Part shown: positions 10,738 to 22,418 of the stretch, in pieces
Layout: the number at the start of each line of letters is the position of its first letter
Numbering within the stretch: the stretch's first letter is position 1
Virus record (IMG/VR): IMGVR_UViG_3300025900_000203
Direction: 5' to 3' (one strand)
Origin: an uncultured virus (IMG/VR IMGVR_UViG_3300025900_000203)
Taxonomy: Duplodnaviria; Heunggongvirae; Uroviricota; Caudoviricetes
DNA: 61,033 nucleotides
Made by a program: the position numbers and the translations under genes
The notes under the pieces: model-generated
Database searches by the model: none
What the model was told of the DNA's origin: nothing
What the model saw: the letters and a program-made list of their open reading frames with translations, nothing else

Positions 10738-11002
10738 TCGTGTTGTCGTTCGTCGTACCGAGGCAGAATCCAAGACCCCTGGCGGTCTCATCATCCCGGA
10801 AAATGCGAAGGAAAAGCCCGTCGAGGGTGTCGTGATTGCCGTTGGAAACGGGATCCGCGACAAGGACGGTGTGCGCGTGCCACTCGATCTCAAGGAAGGA
10901 GATCGCGTGCTGTTCGCGAAGTACAGCGGCACCGAGGTGCGAGCGCTCGGCGAAGATCACGTGATCCTACGCGAAGACGACATCCTGGCCGTGCTCTCGT
11001 AA
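10721..11002 (+). CDS. groES: Co-chaperonin GroES
   Basis: [59 protein letters not shown]. Confidence 0.97.
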   Translation: MRPLHDRVVVRRTEAESKTPGGLIIPENAKEKPVEGVVIAVGNGIRDKDGVRVPLDLKEGDRVLFAKYSGTEVRALGEDHVILREDDILAVLS

Positions 11003-11006
11003 CCAC

Positions 11007-11652
11007 GTGCTGGGCGATCCAACCGATCTGAAGGATGCGTGCAACGCGCGCCTCTTCATTGGCGACGACTACGGAGACAACCGCGCCACGATGCGCTGTC
11101 AACTCGCGCCTGCGCATGACGGAGTGCACTGCGAACGCTTCCAGCGGGCGGGCGGCGAGATCGTGATCACGTGGGTTGCCGACGAGCGACGGCGCTGCTC
11201 CTTCGGTTGCGGGCAGTGGGAGCACCTACACGAGATCGATCAGTGCCCTGCTTACTTGGAGGATGTGTGAGCTTCATCGTCGGGCGACCAAGCGATCGCA
11301 GGATCTTGTGGGCGCTGATTCGTGTGCTTTTCTCAAGGAGCTTCGGCCGATGACGAAAGACAGTTGCACGAACTACTCCCCTGCAGGGTTCACCGGGCGC
11401 TGGCAAGACTGGCATCGCGGACACGGCTGTCCACTCGATGACAGCAAGCCCCGCAGTGATGCCGCAGTCGTCGAGATCCGACAGATGACGGAGAACGGCT
11501 CGATGGGCGGTGAAAATGGTTTCCTGACGGATGCCGAGCTAAATCTCCTGCGAGTTCGCACGACCTCAAGCGATACGCTCCTCATCCGCGCGATCGCCGA
11601 ATTGCAAGCACGGCGTCAGCAAGATGCGATCGACAAGCTTCGTGGCAAATGA
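11007..11652 (+). other. Two hypothetical CDSs (11007-11270; ~11350-11652)
   Basis: Coupled plus-strand ORFs. Confidence 0.55.
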
Positions 11653-12002
11653 GACGGCCTTGTTCCAATTGTCCCTGGCGCGTAGACGCCCCACGCGAGC
11701 ATTGGGATCCGCAGCACTTCGTCGACATCTATCGAAACTGCCAGGATGACGGTCTTCACGTCATGCTCTGTCACAAAGCCAACGAGCTTCCGAAAGAGCA
11801 GCGTGGAGACGTGCCGTGCCAAGGCTGGATCCGTGTGATGGGATCTTCGGCGATCGGGGTGCGGATCCTCGCGCTGCGCGGAAAGGTCACCCCCGCAGAG
11901 ATCGAGGATACAAAGGGTCCCGAGTTGTTCCCTTCGTTCGAGGCTATGCTGCGAGCGAACAAGATCAAGCTTCCACCTCGTTCGCGCTGGAGACCTCGAT
12001 GA
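11649..12002 (+). CDS. Cys-rich phage protein (PCxxCPW; DUF6283-like)
   Basis: RRPCSNCPWRVDAP..MLCHK..PCQGW. Confidence 0.55.
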   Translation: MRRPCSNCPWRVDAPREHWDPQHFVDIYRNCQDDGLHVMLCHKANELPKEQRGDVPCQGWIRVMGSSAIGVRILALRGKVTPAEIEDTKGPELFPSFEAMLRANKIKLPPRSRWRPR

Positions 12003-15000
12003 CCAAAATTCTTGACACAGCAGGCACGCTCCAACTCTTCGATACCGGCCGTCGCTGCTCCGTGCGAAACGTTCGAATCTTGCGCGTTCATTGCACGGAG
12101 TCGTGCTCCGAAGACACCTTCTTACACGACGCGATCATCGACGCGTTCTGGAGGACATCGAAGATGATGAACGGATACCACCAAGGCTGTGACCCTAACT
12201 CCCTTTGGCGGACCGACCCAGCCGCTGCCAAGCTCCAGCAATCCACGCTGAAGTCACTCCTCGACAAAGAGCCGATCGGCGCGTGTATCGCTTGTGGCGA
12301 GCTGGACTGCACCGGCGCGGAAAGAGGGAACTAGATGTTCCTTCCTTTCGAGAGTTGCCCGTATTGCAATGGCTCGTTGGAGACGGCGACAGATTGTTGG
12401 AATCCGTGGCATCGCGGCGTGATCGTTCATCAAGAAAGTCCACGAGACCGGGCGCGGTGTGGCACCGCGATCGACGATCCGCCGAATCAACTTTCGATCC
12501 GCTTGGACTTCGTATCGTGTCATAGGTGCCATTTCGAATGGTTCGCTCAAAGTGCGGAAGCTGCCACTCCTGGCTTGGGCCTAGCTTTCCGGCTAGCGAA
12601 ACAGCTCATCGAAAAGCAGAACGAGCGTAGTGTAGCTCAAGTGCAAGCGATCGAGGCCCAAGCCAAGACGATCGGAACCTTGCAAGAGACGCTCGAAGAG
12701 CAACGCAACGTCGTCCAAGAAGCGACGCGGGCTGTAGAGGCGACGAAGGAGAAGATCGATCGGGTGACCGCCGAACGTGATCGTCTCGCCGAGATCATCA
12801 ACTACATGCGAAATGACTATTCTCCGCTCGGCGCGCGCGGTTGCGCGCTCTGCGTATACGATAACGGACGGTTCATCCGCGCCTGCGCGGTGCATCGTTG
12901 GTACGAGGAAGTGCTATGAACGAAACTGAAATCCACAAGAACGGTACAAACGATCCGCCTCCTTCTGCAGCGGAGATCGCGCAGATCTACGAAGCTGCCA
13001 GTGAGCCCGGGGAGCCTGTACCGGAGCCACATGCACCGGAGCCACAATCCGCACCGGAACCACCGGCGACGCCAGCGATCGACAATCTGCGACTTCGCAT
13101 GAAGGTGTGGACCGACACAGCGACGTCCAAGCGCTATCTCATGCCCGCCGCGTTCATGCGAGATGTCGTCAACGGAAAACCCGTCAGCGATGTCATGTAC
13201 GCCTACGCACTGCGGGATGACGACACGAAGCTCGTGACGCTCACGGCACGCGAGTGGAACGCACTGCCGTACTTCTACTTCCACGAAGACGGCCCAGCCC
13301 CACGTGCCAGCGGCCATCCAGGGAACGTGATCTGACGTGGCACATCCCGCACCGACGAAGAAAGGTCTCTGATGCCGCCGCTCACACGGAAGACACTCGA
13401 CAAGCTCACCTGCCAAGCGCCAAGCTGCACGCACGAAGATCATGACGGGCTCGTGCTGCATGGGCGTTGCCACATCAAGTCTGCGAGTCTGGCGCGCTGT
13501 TGGCCGAATGGGATCGTTGCAATCGCCTGCAAGCAATGCGGTCAAGCGATTGCGGAGATTGAGCTCCACGCTGAAGAGTGCTCCAAGATGAAGCAGGCCC
13601 TCACGTGTACGGATCCATCGTGCAAGGAGCTGCCGGAGAACCACAGCATGGTGCTCCTCGCGCAGTGTCACCCGAAAGCAGGCGTTTTCATCACGTATCA
13701 AGCAGGGAAGATCCTCGTGGCTTGCGGCAAATGCGAAACGGTATGCTCCCAGCTGGCTGTGGCTGCAGGCGAGCAAGGCTTCGTGTCCTGATGCTGGCGT
13801 TCCTCGACGCTAGCGTGGGGAGCTTGGCACCTTCGGAGTCCGTCGCGAAGTGAGCCCGTACCGCGAGCCCTACGCGCTCCCACAACGATCGAAACGGCCT
13901 TGGTGGAAACGGTTGCTCTGCCGCCTCAGCTTCCACGAAGGTCCTTTCCTGATCGGCCTACACTGCATTGAGTGCGAAGCGTGCGGTCGAATTACAGGGG
14001 ACTAGCGTACAATGGAGCGTGACGCGATTTTGCGAAAGCAGGCGGCGACTCAAGCTGCGCGACGCGCTCACGCGAATGTGCAGCGGCAGGCTGCGCTATC
14101 CGCGAACCGAGGGATGCGATCCTTCAACGAAACGCCGCTCATGAAAATTGGTACGTGGATGCAGAGCCGACGAATCGCAGGTCACGAGGACTCGATTCAA
14201 GGGGCGCCTCGAGATCTACTTGAAGAAGCACATATCCACATCGAGCGTCGGCTCATAGCGATCGCGCTCCAGCGTGGACCAAGCGCGCGTACGCGCGCCA
14301 CGGAGCGTTGGCTCGGTCGATGGATGCAAATCGTTGAAAGTGAAATGCGTCGGCAACAGCCTAGGTGTTGCTTTGAGACGATCTAGAGCCGTCCCAAAAA
14401 CCGCGTTATTCTATCTAGGATGACGATCACCGCCAAGATGGATCGGGGCGACTACGCCTCCATGTTCCTTCGAATCAAACACGGTTTCGAGATCACCATC
14501 GAAACGCCCCTGCGTGTTTCGGCAGCGGTCGATCCTACGTACGCTTCCAAACTGCGAGACGCCCTGAAACAGGGCCTGGCGCGCATCGAGCAAGGGAGCT
14601 CAGAGTCGGAGATCTTGCTCGATTTGCCGGTTACAATCACGACGGACATCGAGACAGCGCGGCGGTTGCTGCGTGATCTGAATGACAGGCTGTAATGCGA
14701 GGGCCTAAATACCGTCACATCGTCCCTACCCTCGTCGACGCGATCCAGTTCACAGGATCCAATATCGAGGCCATCATCGAATGGCTGAGGTACCAAGATC
14801 ACCACAAAGCGGCCCGCGTGAATTTTCATTCAGATAACGAATGTCTCTCTATCGCGACGACCGCTGGAACAGTGATCACCTTCGCGAAGACGCATTGGAT
14901 CATCGTCCAAGCGGATGGCATGATCGCGCGGGCCACAGACGCCACGTTCCGTGAGACGTACGAGGTAGCCCAGTGACCGAGCATCCCATCGAGCAAGCCG

Positions 15001-15496
15001 TCCGTCGATCCCACTGCGCGCACAACGATCGAGAAGATCCGCGGCACCAGTGCATCGGCTCCTGCAACATCAGTCCGCAGGGAGTCACGCTCTCGTGTGA
15101 TCTGTGCGGAGATGCCCACAGGCCGATCGAGATCTCAGCCCCTGAAACCAGGCTTGTTTCGATCGTGCTTGAGGCACTCGGAATATCTCCTGAGGCGGTG
15201 ACTCCGGAGTACAAGTCTCGAGCTGCTGAGGCTGCCAAGCGATGGATCGCTGCACGTCGATGAACGACAAACGTATCTACCCCGCGAGTGCTGCAAGTGG
15301 CGGGAATATCGAATCGCTGCGTTCCGACGCGGTACTAGGTCCGTGCCCGAGCTGCCAAGCGACGTTGCGCTTTGGGATCGCGAAAGACCCGCAAACCGAG
15401 AAGCTTGTGCGGGTGCTCATGCATCCGATCCCGTTCTGTGGATACTTCGGTGAGACAGATCCTGCAGAAATCGTGCGACGTGTGACGGCGTCGTAA
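11999..15496 (+). other. Run of hypothetical CDSs (11999-12334, 12335-12919, 12916-13335, 13372-13791, 14012-14386, 14420-14695, 14695-14976, 14973-15263, 15260-15496)
   Basis: Coupled plus-strand ORFs. 13372-13791 is a duplicated Cys/His module. Confidence 0.65.
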
Positions 15497-15498
15497 TC

Positions 15499-15533
15499 TT
15501 GGAAAAGTTATCCACCTCGAAGTAGGGTGATCC
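15499..15533 (+). promoter_or_regulatory. Leaderless-type promoter TTGGAA-N18-TAGGGT-N5-ATG
   Basis: A near-identical arrangement precedes 23163 (TTGGAA-N17-TAGGGT-N5-GTG). Confidence 0.6.
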
Positions 15534-16460
15534 ATGGCCGAGGTTAAGAAGGTTTCGAGCGTGGATTGCGAAAACGAGAGCGAGCGTGGGAAACGGGGGC
15601 ACCGCGGGCATCGGGGCCACGCAGGTCCAACAGGTCCAACGGGTCCTTCTGGGAGTGGGGCGGGAAGTACAGGACCAACAGGAGCAACCGGATCAACCGG
15701 GTCGACAGGCGGTGGTAGTACAGGTCCAACGGGATCCACAGGTGGTGTGGGCAGCACAGGTCCAACCGGAGCGGATGGCGGGACCCCTAATCCAACGCTC
15801 GTCGCCGACTATTTCGACGACTTCATCTCCGTCGCAAACATTGGTGCGAGCGGCACTGGAGCTGCCCCGGGCAGCGTCTTCTGGAACCCGACGAATGGCA
15901 ACACGCTAAACATGATTGGGTCTGTGCAGATCCGCGCGAGCCTCATCGACTTGACGGGTCGTCTCTCGATCCTCACCGACAAGGGCAGCGCGCAGGTCGG
16001 AGATCCTTTCTTCTACTTCGGAACAGGGTCTTCCTTTTCATGGGAGTTCCGCTTCAAGGTCACGAACGTCTTCAGCCTCGGCAATGATGCACTGTTCGTG
16101 ATCGGCGCGCACGATGGCGTTGGAAGTCTTCCGACGAACATCTGTGGGTTCACGGCAGGCCTGGGAGAGAACGGCAATCTGAACTGGTGGGCGGTCTGCC
16201 GATCTGGTGCGGCTCCCACGAAGTCCGATACTGGCATCGCCGTCGACACGAACATCCATCGCTTCAGTGCGAGCGCGGACTACAACACAGGTACCGCCAC
16301 GTTCTTCATCGATGACGTGTCGGTCGCGACGATCAACACGAACGTGCCTACCGATCAGTTCCTTGATCTTCAGTGCACGCTGCTATCGATCGATGGGGAC
16401 ACCTTCGATCTGTACTGGGATTGGGTCAAGTTCCATATGGCGATGGCACGCCTACCGTAG
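15534..16460 (+). CDS. Collagen-like protein with C-terminal beta-sandwich (ConA/LamG-like) domain
   Basis: Leader [20 protein letters not shown]-x-T triplets, then a domain with DTGIAV..TNVPT. Confidence 0.8.
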   Translation: MAEVKKVSSVDCENESERGKRGHRGHRGHAGPTGPTGPSGSGAGSTGPTGATGSTGSTGGGSTGPTGSTGGVGSTGPTGADGGTPNPTLVADYFDDFISVANIGASGTGAAPGSVFWNPTNGNTLNMIGSVQIRASLIDLTGRLSILTDKGSAQVGDPFFYFGTGSSFSWEFRFKVTNVFSLGNDALFVIGAHDGVGSLPTNICGFTAGLGENGNLNWWAVCRSGAAPTKSDTGIAVDTNIHRFSASADYNTGTATFFIDDVSVATINTNVPTDQFLDLQCTLLSIDGDTFDLYWDWVKFHMAMARLP

Positions 16461-16509
16461 ATGCCGCTCCGAAGGGCCATCACGTCGGAGGCCTGTGGTA
16501 CGACCGCAC

Positions 16510-17068
16510 GATGCAGATCCTCCTCAGAATCTTGCTCGCGCTCGGATCGATCAGCCCGAAGAAGATCCAGCAACGGATCTCGTTCGCGCTACATCACGTC
16601 GCAGACAACGCGCGGTTGCACGAGGTCGCGAGAGGACTGCCAGATGTCGAGCCCGAGAAGGCCGATCGGTTTGTCGACGCGGCGATTGCGAAACAAACGT
16701 CGCAGGTGCCAGCGTCGTTGCTCGTCGCGCTTGGATGGGGAGAGTCCAGGTTTGACGAGCAGGCCCAACCTGCCTGCGGCGTGATGCAGGTCTATCCCCA
16801 GGATCTCGACGAGTCTCCAGCCACATGTGTCCACTGGCGAACGAACGTAGCTGCAGGAATGGAAGCAGGTGTGCGCGAGATCGAGATGATGCTCGCCGAC
16901 AACCGCGTGCGCGGCGATCTGCAAAAGGCGCTGCTCTACCGAGCCTGCGGTAACCGCGCGTTCGACGGAACATGCGATGCGAAGAAGTACACATGGGTCA
17001 CAGCGGCGATCGCACGATGGCATGCGATCGCCGCACGATCGTCACGTGATTTGATCCCGGATGTGTGA
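16510..17068 (+). CDS. Lytic transglycosylase (SLT)-like protein
   Basis: Hydrophobic N-terminus. LLVALGWGESRF and ACGVMQV correspond to SLT motifs I and II. Confidence 0.65.
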
Positions 17069-17100
17069 TGCCGAGCGGGAGGCGGATCGAAGAAACGCGA

Positions 17101-17514
17101 CTATGCAAGACTGATAATCGCGATCGAAAATCCCTGATCGATGGCAGTGCCCGCAGAGTCCACCATGAAGACGTTGATGACCCCGAGCGATCCGAACAGG
17201 AACGAAACCGTTCCACTGTTGAAACCGCCGTTGACCGTCAGAAGCACGACGAGGTTGTTGTTGGAGGCCGGTGGCGTGCTCAACACGAGCGTATTCTGTC
17301 CGGTCGCGATGTTTGTGAAGGACGCGAATCCCGTCTGATCGACCGGGGTTCCGTCGGCCGCCACCTGCGCCGCTGCCAAGACTGGAGGAAGCCCTGCCGG
17401 ACCAGCAGGTCCTGTCGCTCCTGTTGGACCTACATGGCCCCGTTTGCCGCGTTTCCCACGCTCCCCGCGCTCTTCACAACCTGCGAAAGCGGTTGCACTT
17501 GAAATGTCTGCCAT
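17101..17514 (-). CDS. Short collagen-like protein
   Basis: [45 protein letters not shown]5-ATG upstream. Confidence 0.8.
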   Translation of the reverse strand: MADISSATAFAGCEERGERGKRGKRGHVGPTGATGPAGPAGLPPVLAAAQVAADGTPVDQTGFASFTNIATGQNTLVLSTPPASNNNLVVLLTVNGGFNSGTVSFLFGSLGVINVFMVDSAGTAIDQGFSIAIISLA

Positions 17515-17597
17515 GACAGAGGCTACGCTTCCCGAAGAAGCCACACAACAAAACGGCAACGCGGTGAACTCCGTCCGTTCCAAATCCACGTGAGGCC

Positions 17598-17870
17598 TTG
17601 ATGACATCCTGCGAGATTTGCCACTCCAACGTCCCTCACGACGCCGAACACTACACAGTGACCAAGGACCGTCCCGACGGGTACTGGATCTGCCACAAGA
17701 ATGTCGGCAAGGTGCAGTGCGCGAAGTGCGAGCACGTCTGGACCCCCAAGACGCTTAAACTACCGTCGCGTTGCCCTGCATGCTCTGAGACCTGCGATTT
17801 GTTCTGGGCCGACGATGGCGGCTGGGAACAAGCGGCAAGAGAGCGGTCGGCGCGGAGAGATGACTACTGA
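17598..17870 (+). CDS. Zinc-ribbon-like protein
   Basis: CxxC motifs (CEIC, CAKC, CPAC). Confidence 0.55.
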   Translation: MMTSCEICHSNVPHDAEHYTVTKDRPDGYWICHKNVGKVQCAKCEHVWTPKTLKLPSRCPACSETCDLFWADDGGWEQAARERSARRDDY

Positions 17871-17872
17871 GC

Positions 17873-18601
17873 CTAGCGAATGCTAGCTATGCCTGCTTCG
17901 CGAGCGGCACGCGCGACAGCGCGGTAAACCGCGCTGTGAATCTGTGGAGTCTCTCCGAAGTTCCGTGGTGGATCGACCTTGACGCCTTCGTCAAACCATC
18001 CGACGCCGTGCCCTTGTGACTGCATGGCGCCTTTGTAGCCTGCGTCGTTTGGCGAGAACTTTGCGGCAATCTCGTTGAGTTGCGCGTCCGTGAGTTGATC
18101 CTTCACAGCCTTCGTGAACTTCTTGGCGACAGTACGTGCTGCAGGCGGAACCTCGGGGAGCACATTCTCCCAGTTTCCACCAGGTCCTGGCGTGAGCTCG
18201 ACGTAACGGCGATCTTCCTCGAGTAAATTCTCGACTTCGTTCATGTACGGACTCGCCCAGAATCCAAGAGCGGCACCTTCTGTGAAGTCAGCCCAGTCGT
18301 AGCTTTTCTTGCTCACCATGCCGGTAGCGCCTTCGAATGCGCGACGGGTTTCCTTGGGGACGCGAGCGAGCGCCTTCGCGAAAGCTGGCGACATCGTCGA
18401 AGCCTTCACGGCACGCAGAACCTCCGCAGCTCGCGTCGCAGCCCGCGTCGGATCATGCGCGTGCTCAAGCAGGGCGTCCATCGCGACGTCCCAAACGTCG
18501 CTGCTGCTGACCGTCGAGTGCGCGGACCGCCGCTTCGTAGATGACTTCCGTTGGAGGAAACTGTGGATATCCCGATCCAGTTGCGCGGCGGACTTCTTCA
18601 T
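17873..18601 (-). CDS. KSxAQLDxEI-motif protein (putative virion-packaged protein)
   Basis: Starts MKKSAAQLDRDIHSFL; AHST site follows. Confidence 0.75.
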   Translation of the reverse strand: MKKSAAQLDRDIHSFLQRKSSTKRRSAHSTVSSSDVWDVAMDALLEHAHDPTRAATRAAEVLRAVKASTMSPAFAKALARVPKETRRAFEGATGMVSKKSYDWADFTEGAALGFWASPYMNEVENLLEEDRRYVELTPGPGGNWENVLPEVPPAARTVAKKFTKAVKDQLTDAQLNEIAAKFSPNDAGYKGAMQSQGHGVGWFDEGVKVDPPRNFGETPQIHSAVYRAVARAAREAGIASIR

Positions 18602-18608
18602 CGATCCC

Positions 18609-19148
18609 TCAGATCTTTTTGTGCGTTGCCAGGATAGTAGAGATCCGTGCCTGCACGTCCTCGATCCTCCGATGAAGATCGTGCACGCGTTCAGCGGTGT
18701 TGCCCGCGTATCCCAGCGCGTTGAAGAGGTTGTCGCGCTCGACCTCCAAGGCCTTCAGCTCTTGCTTGTAGGCGGTCGACCTGCGGGGCTTCTTCGCGAG
18801 AGCATGTGCGATCTCGCGATCTAACTGCGCGCCGGACTTTCGCTTCGTCGAACGCGCCGTCTGGATCGATTCAAGATACTCCTTCCCCAACTCCGTCGTC
18901 ACGAGCGTGTCCTCACGATAGGGAGCGGACCCTTTCCTAGGCGGCTGTTCATAGCCGCCACGTCGTTCGACGTAACCTGCACGTTGGAGTCCGCCGAGCA
19001 TGTCCTGCATGTCGTTGTCCCACGACAGGAGAATCGATGCAGCGGTGGGTCGACGGAGCGCTTGCAGCACACGCAACGCGGCATCCAATTCACGCTGGGT
19101 GAGGATATGGCCGCTTCGCGATGGTGGATCGGGAAGAAAACGGGTCAC
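18609..19148 (-). CDS. KSxAQLDxEI-motif protein
   Basis: Internal RKSGAQLDREIAHAL. GTG 19148 overlaps the upstream TGA. Confidence 0.7.
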   Translation of the reverse strand: MTRFLPDPPSRSGHILTQRELDAALRVLQALRRPTAASILLSWDNDMQDMLGGLQRAGYVERRGGYEQPPRKGSAPYREDTLVTTELGKEYLESIQTARSTKRKSGAQLDREIAHALAKKPRRSTAYKQELKALEVERDNLFNALGYAGNTAERVHDLHRRIEDVQARISTILATHKKI

Positions 19149-20185
19149 GCGAGGTACCTCGGAGTCTCCAACTGATCGCGAGAGAGGAAGTTGGCACGCT
19201 CCGCAGTCCGCAACCACGTCGCTGCCGAGATCTCTTCAAGCATCTCTTTGGCCCGCCGCTTATCCTCCGCGTCTCCCGCGTAGCGGCCGAACGCGAGACC
19301 TTCGGCGAACTGTTCGAGGCTGACACGATCGTCTTTGAGGCGGTACTCGTTATCGATGTAACGAATGGCGCGGGCCACTTCATCCGTGGTGGGCATCCGT
19401 GCCTTGGAATGCTTCTCCGTGAGCAGCTCGGACCACGCACGTTCCCACGCCGGATCGCCGAGCTTGGGCTTCCCCATGAATTCGGCAATTTCCTTGTCCA
19501 ACTGCGCCGGCGACTTTCGCGCCGCGTGGGACACGCGCTTTTTACGTGCGTGCGAGCTGTGCGAGCAGCCAGACGAGCAGGCAGGTCCGAACCACCGACC
19601 ATCCTCGGTTACGGCCTTGCCCGCCTTCACCGCCCGCGCAAGCGCGTAGTCGACCGCGATCGCCGATTCGTGAATCGCACGAGCCAGACCCTCCGCGTTG
19701 ATCTCGGCACCATGCTTCATGTTCGAAAGATAAGCGGCGACGCGCGCATCGAGGCTCATCGATGCGTGGGCCGGCTTCGTCGGAACCTTGTAGCCTGCAC
19801 TGCGCGCTTGCGAGAGACCGATCGCGATCGCTTGTTTGCGGGACGTTACCTTTCCACCGCTGCCGCTACGCAACGTGCCGTGCTTGAACTCATGCATCGT
19901 CTTCTCCATCTTTCCCGCCACGCCCTTCTTCGTCGCATGGGACAAGACTTTCCAGCCGACATGGAGAGGGTTTTGCCAGTGCTCCTCCGCCTCGGCACGT
20001 GTCGCAGGCCGCACGATCGCATCTGGGCCCCAATTCATGAGGAGCTTTTTGCGAGGACCACCCCCTGGGTACACACCGACGGCGCCGGTGACGCGGCCGG
20101 TAAACGTGTAGAGCGTGCGGTCGTCGCCGCCGATCCATCCGCGTTTCTCATCGTAGTGCGGCAGGCTTGTCTTCTTGGTGGCCAC
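19145..20185 (-). CDS. Modular protein with a DUF6496-like domain and KSPAQLDKEI motif
   Basis: KMEKTMHEFKHGTLRSGSGGKVTSRKQAIAIGLSQAR flanked by SHAT and AHAS. TAGGCT-N6-GTG upstream. Confidence 0.75.
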   Translation of the reverse strand: MATKKTSLPHYDEKRGWIGGDDRTLYTFTGRVTGAVGVYPGGGPRKKLLMNWGPDAIVRPATRAEAEEHWQNPLHVGWKVLSHATKKGVAGKMEKTMHEFKHGTLRSGSGGKVTSRKQAIAIGLSQARSAGYKVPTKPAHASMSLDARVAAYLSNMKHGAEINAEGLARAIHESAIAVDYALARAVKAGKAVTEDGRWFGPACSSGCSHSSHARKKRVSHAARKSPAQLDKEIAEFMGKPKLGDPAWERAWSELLTEKHSKARMPTTDEVARAIRYIDNEYRLKDDRVSLEQFAEGLAFGRYAGDAEDKRRAKEMLEEISAATWLRTAERANFLSRDQLETPRYLA

Positions 20186-20264
20186 GAGCCGAGCCTATCA
20201 GAAGGACTAAGCGACGGCGCGTTTGTGGCTGACGGCACGGTGTCCGTGGCAAGGTTTGAAATCC

Positions 20265-20669
20265 ATGTCGAACGTTTTGAAGTCGAACCCGCGCGTCGAG
20301 ATCCTCTTCAAGACTCGCGGAGACACGACACGAGGCAAACGCTTCGGCTACGTCGTCGGTGTGAACACGGCCGGCGGCATGCACCTCTTCGATCAGTCTC
20401 GGGCCTCGGAGCCTGGAGAAGCGGCCTTCCTTGTGTCGAGGTCAGCGGACGGTAAGAGCGGCGCGATCTGGTACTCGCATCAGGGGATCCGCTTCACGAA
20501 ACCGCCACAAGAGTTGACGGAGCTCTCTCCTGATGAACGGGTAGGTGTCGATCTGATGCTCCAAGGTCGGCGGGACGATGTCCTGGAGAAGATCGTTCCG
20601 GATGTGGAGCGACGGCACGTGGTCCGATCGGTAGGTACCGCGCTTGGGACGTTGAAGCGGCCCCGTTAG
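20265..20669 (+). CDS. Hypothetical protein
   Basis: ATG 20265 within ORF 20223-20669; codon usage typical of the window. Confidence 0.6.
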   Translation: MSNVLKSNPRVEILFKTRGDTTRGKRFGYVVGVNTAGGMHLFDQSRASEPGEAAFLVSRSADGKSGAIWYSHQGIRFTKPPQELTELSPDERVGVDLMLQGRRDDVLEKIVPDVERRHVVRSVGTALGTLKRPR

Positions 20670-21020
20670 TATGGCAGTAGGGCCGCGTTCTGCCGTTCTC
20701 CCCACCTAGGTCGTTTCGGGGAGTACAGGAGAAATCCGTCATCAAACAACAGGTTGGACTACAAAAATGGAGTCCTGTTCTCCCCGATCAGCCGTTCTCC
20801 TTGGATCCCTATGAGTCCCCTTGACGTGCTCTCTAGGGCTTCTATTTACCTCCTTACCAGGCCCTTCTTAAAGAAGGGGGAGAACAGGGGGAACATGAAT
20901 AGGTACGAACACTTGAACCAGGCGCTATGGGAGCACGATCTACCGAGGGGAGGATCAGTCGTAGATCCTGCAGATCTCCGCACCTGCGTAGATTTCGGCA
21001 CTGTCAGGTAGGCTAGCGCT

Positions 21021-21152
21021 GTGAACGCGCGCGCTATCAGCGAACGGCCTCGACAATCGCACCCAAAGCTGGATCCTCGGGCACTCCAACTCCAGAGCAA
21101 AGACGTGCTGCTCCAGCGCTGGGAGCGCATCGTTGAAGGCTTCCGCCCGTGA
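21021..21152 (+). CDS. Small 43 aa protein missing from the ORF track
   Basis: TAGGCT-N6-GTG start, MNARAISERPRQSHPKLDPRALQ..FRP; stop overlaps the next GTG (GTGA). Confidence 0.5.
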   Translation: MNARAISERPRQSHPKLDPRALQLQSKDVLLQRWERIVEGFRP

Positions 21153-22385
21153 GCGCGCACGAACAGGCGGATGGCATTCCTCTCCCGCATGGGATGCAGC
21201 CACCCACAAGTGCAATGTCTCCTGAGGATCTCGGCCAGTTGCTCGCTGCGATGAATGCTGGACCGGCACCCTCAGGATCTTCAAGATCTTCAACAACTCG
21301 GCGGGGCCCGCTGTTTCGCAAGTTTCTTTACGCCGTGCTCGTCGCGGCGATCGGCATAGGCGCATCGTTCGCCTCGTGCATCGGACAATCGTTTTCACTG
21401 CGACAAGCACGCGCACTCGAGAGCATCGAAACACAACTCCAAGGCCTCCGCACCGATCTCGCTACGGGGCGCCGTTTCGAAGGTCATTGATCGTAAAGGA
21501 CGTGCGTGACCTTCAAATCGCCCATGAGAGCTGCGAAACGACTGCCTGATATGCCGACTCCGAAACGAGATCGTGGCGCGGCGGCTCTTCCGGAAAAGAA
21601 GCCGCGAGGTCGCCGCGTACGGCTCACCCATCTGGAAGTGAAACGCGGCGATGCATTGTGTCTTCGGATTGCGGTAGCGGATGGCGCGCTTGCAGAGATC
21701 GGCGATGAGCTCGGAGCCCTCGTTCGAAAGCTCGCGCCAAATGTGGCGACGGCGAACGTGGAAACCACCTCGACGGGAAACGAGTTTGTGATCTCTCAGC
21801 AGCACATGGAGAACGACGACAACTACCATGGCGCGGTACGCACACACCTCACTGCGCTGATCGGCGCGCTTTGCGACGAGTCCCTGGAAGACGCGCTGCG
21901 CATCACACGAGAGGAGCGGGCTCGTCGCTCCGAAGGAGGTAACTGATGCACTGGGGAATTCTGCTCGCTGTCTTTGTTGTTAGCGTGGCTGTAGGAGCGA
22001 CGCGAGGGTCTCGATCTCCGCGGGATAAAAACTGATGGGTCACAAGACATCCCCAAAGCGCCGTCGCCGCCCTGCGATCGTGTGGTCGCCCTTCATGATG
22101 CAGTTGGCGCAGATCTCACGAGGAAAGAACACACTGGTCTTGGGTGTCTCGCCTGGAGAAGATCATTGGCTCGCGATCGCGCTGGAAGCCCCGACTTCAG
22201 CCACTACCGCAGCGGCCGTGCTCAGCAGCCACGCGCACAAGGATCTTGGCGTATTCAAGAATGCGGATGCAGCACAACGAGCCTGCGAAGGCTTTGCAGC
22301 ATCCTGGCTCCGCAGGAAAATGCCAAAAGAAGATTGTGCCTGTGAGGACATCGCGGGACCAAAACGCCGACGGAAACGCGGATGA
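21149..22385 (+). other. Three hypothetical CDSs (21149-21490 with a TM helix; 21506-21946; 22035-22385)
   Basis: Plus-strand ORFs; FLYAVLVAAIGIGASFA is a hydrophobic segment. Confidence 0.6.
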
Positions 22386-22418
22386 CAAACTGAAGAACTT
22401 CCGTTACAACGTCTGCAA

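Noticed and set aside
19121..20455. 444 aa plus-strand ORF
   Set aside because: Antisense shadow of 19145-20185, which has a recognisable domain and promoter.
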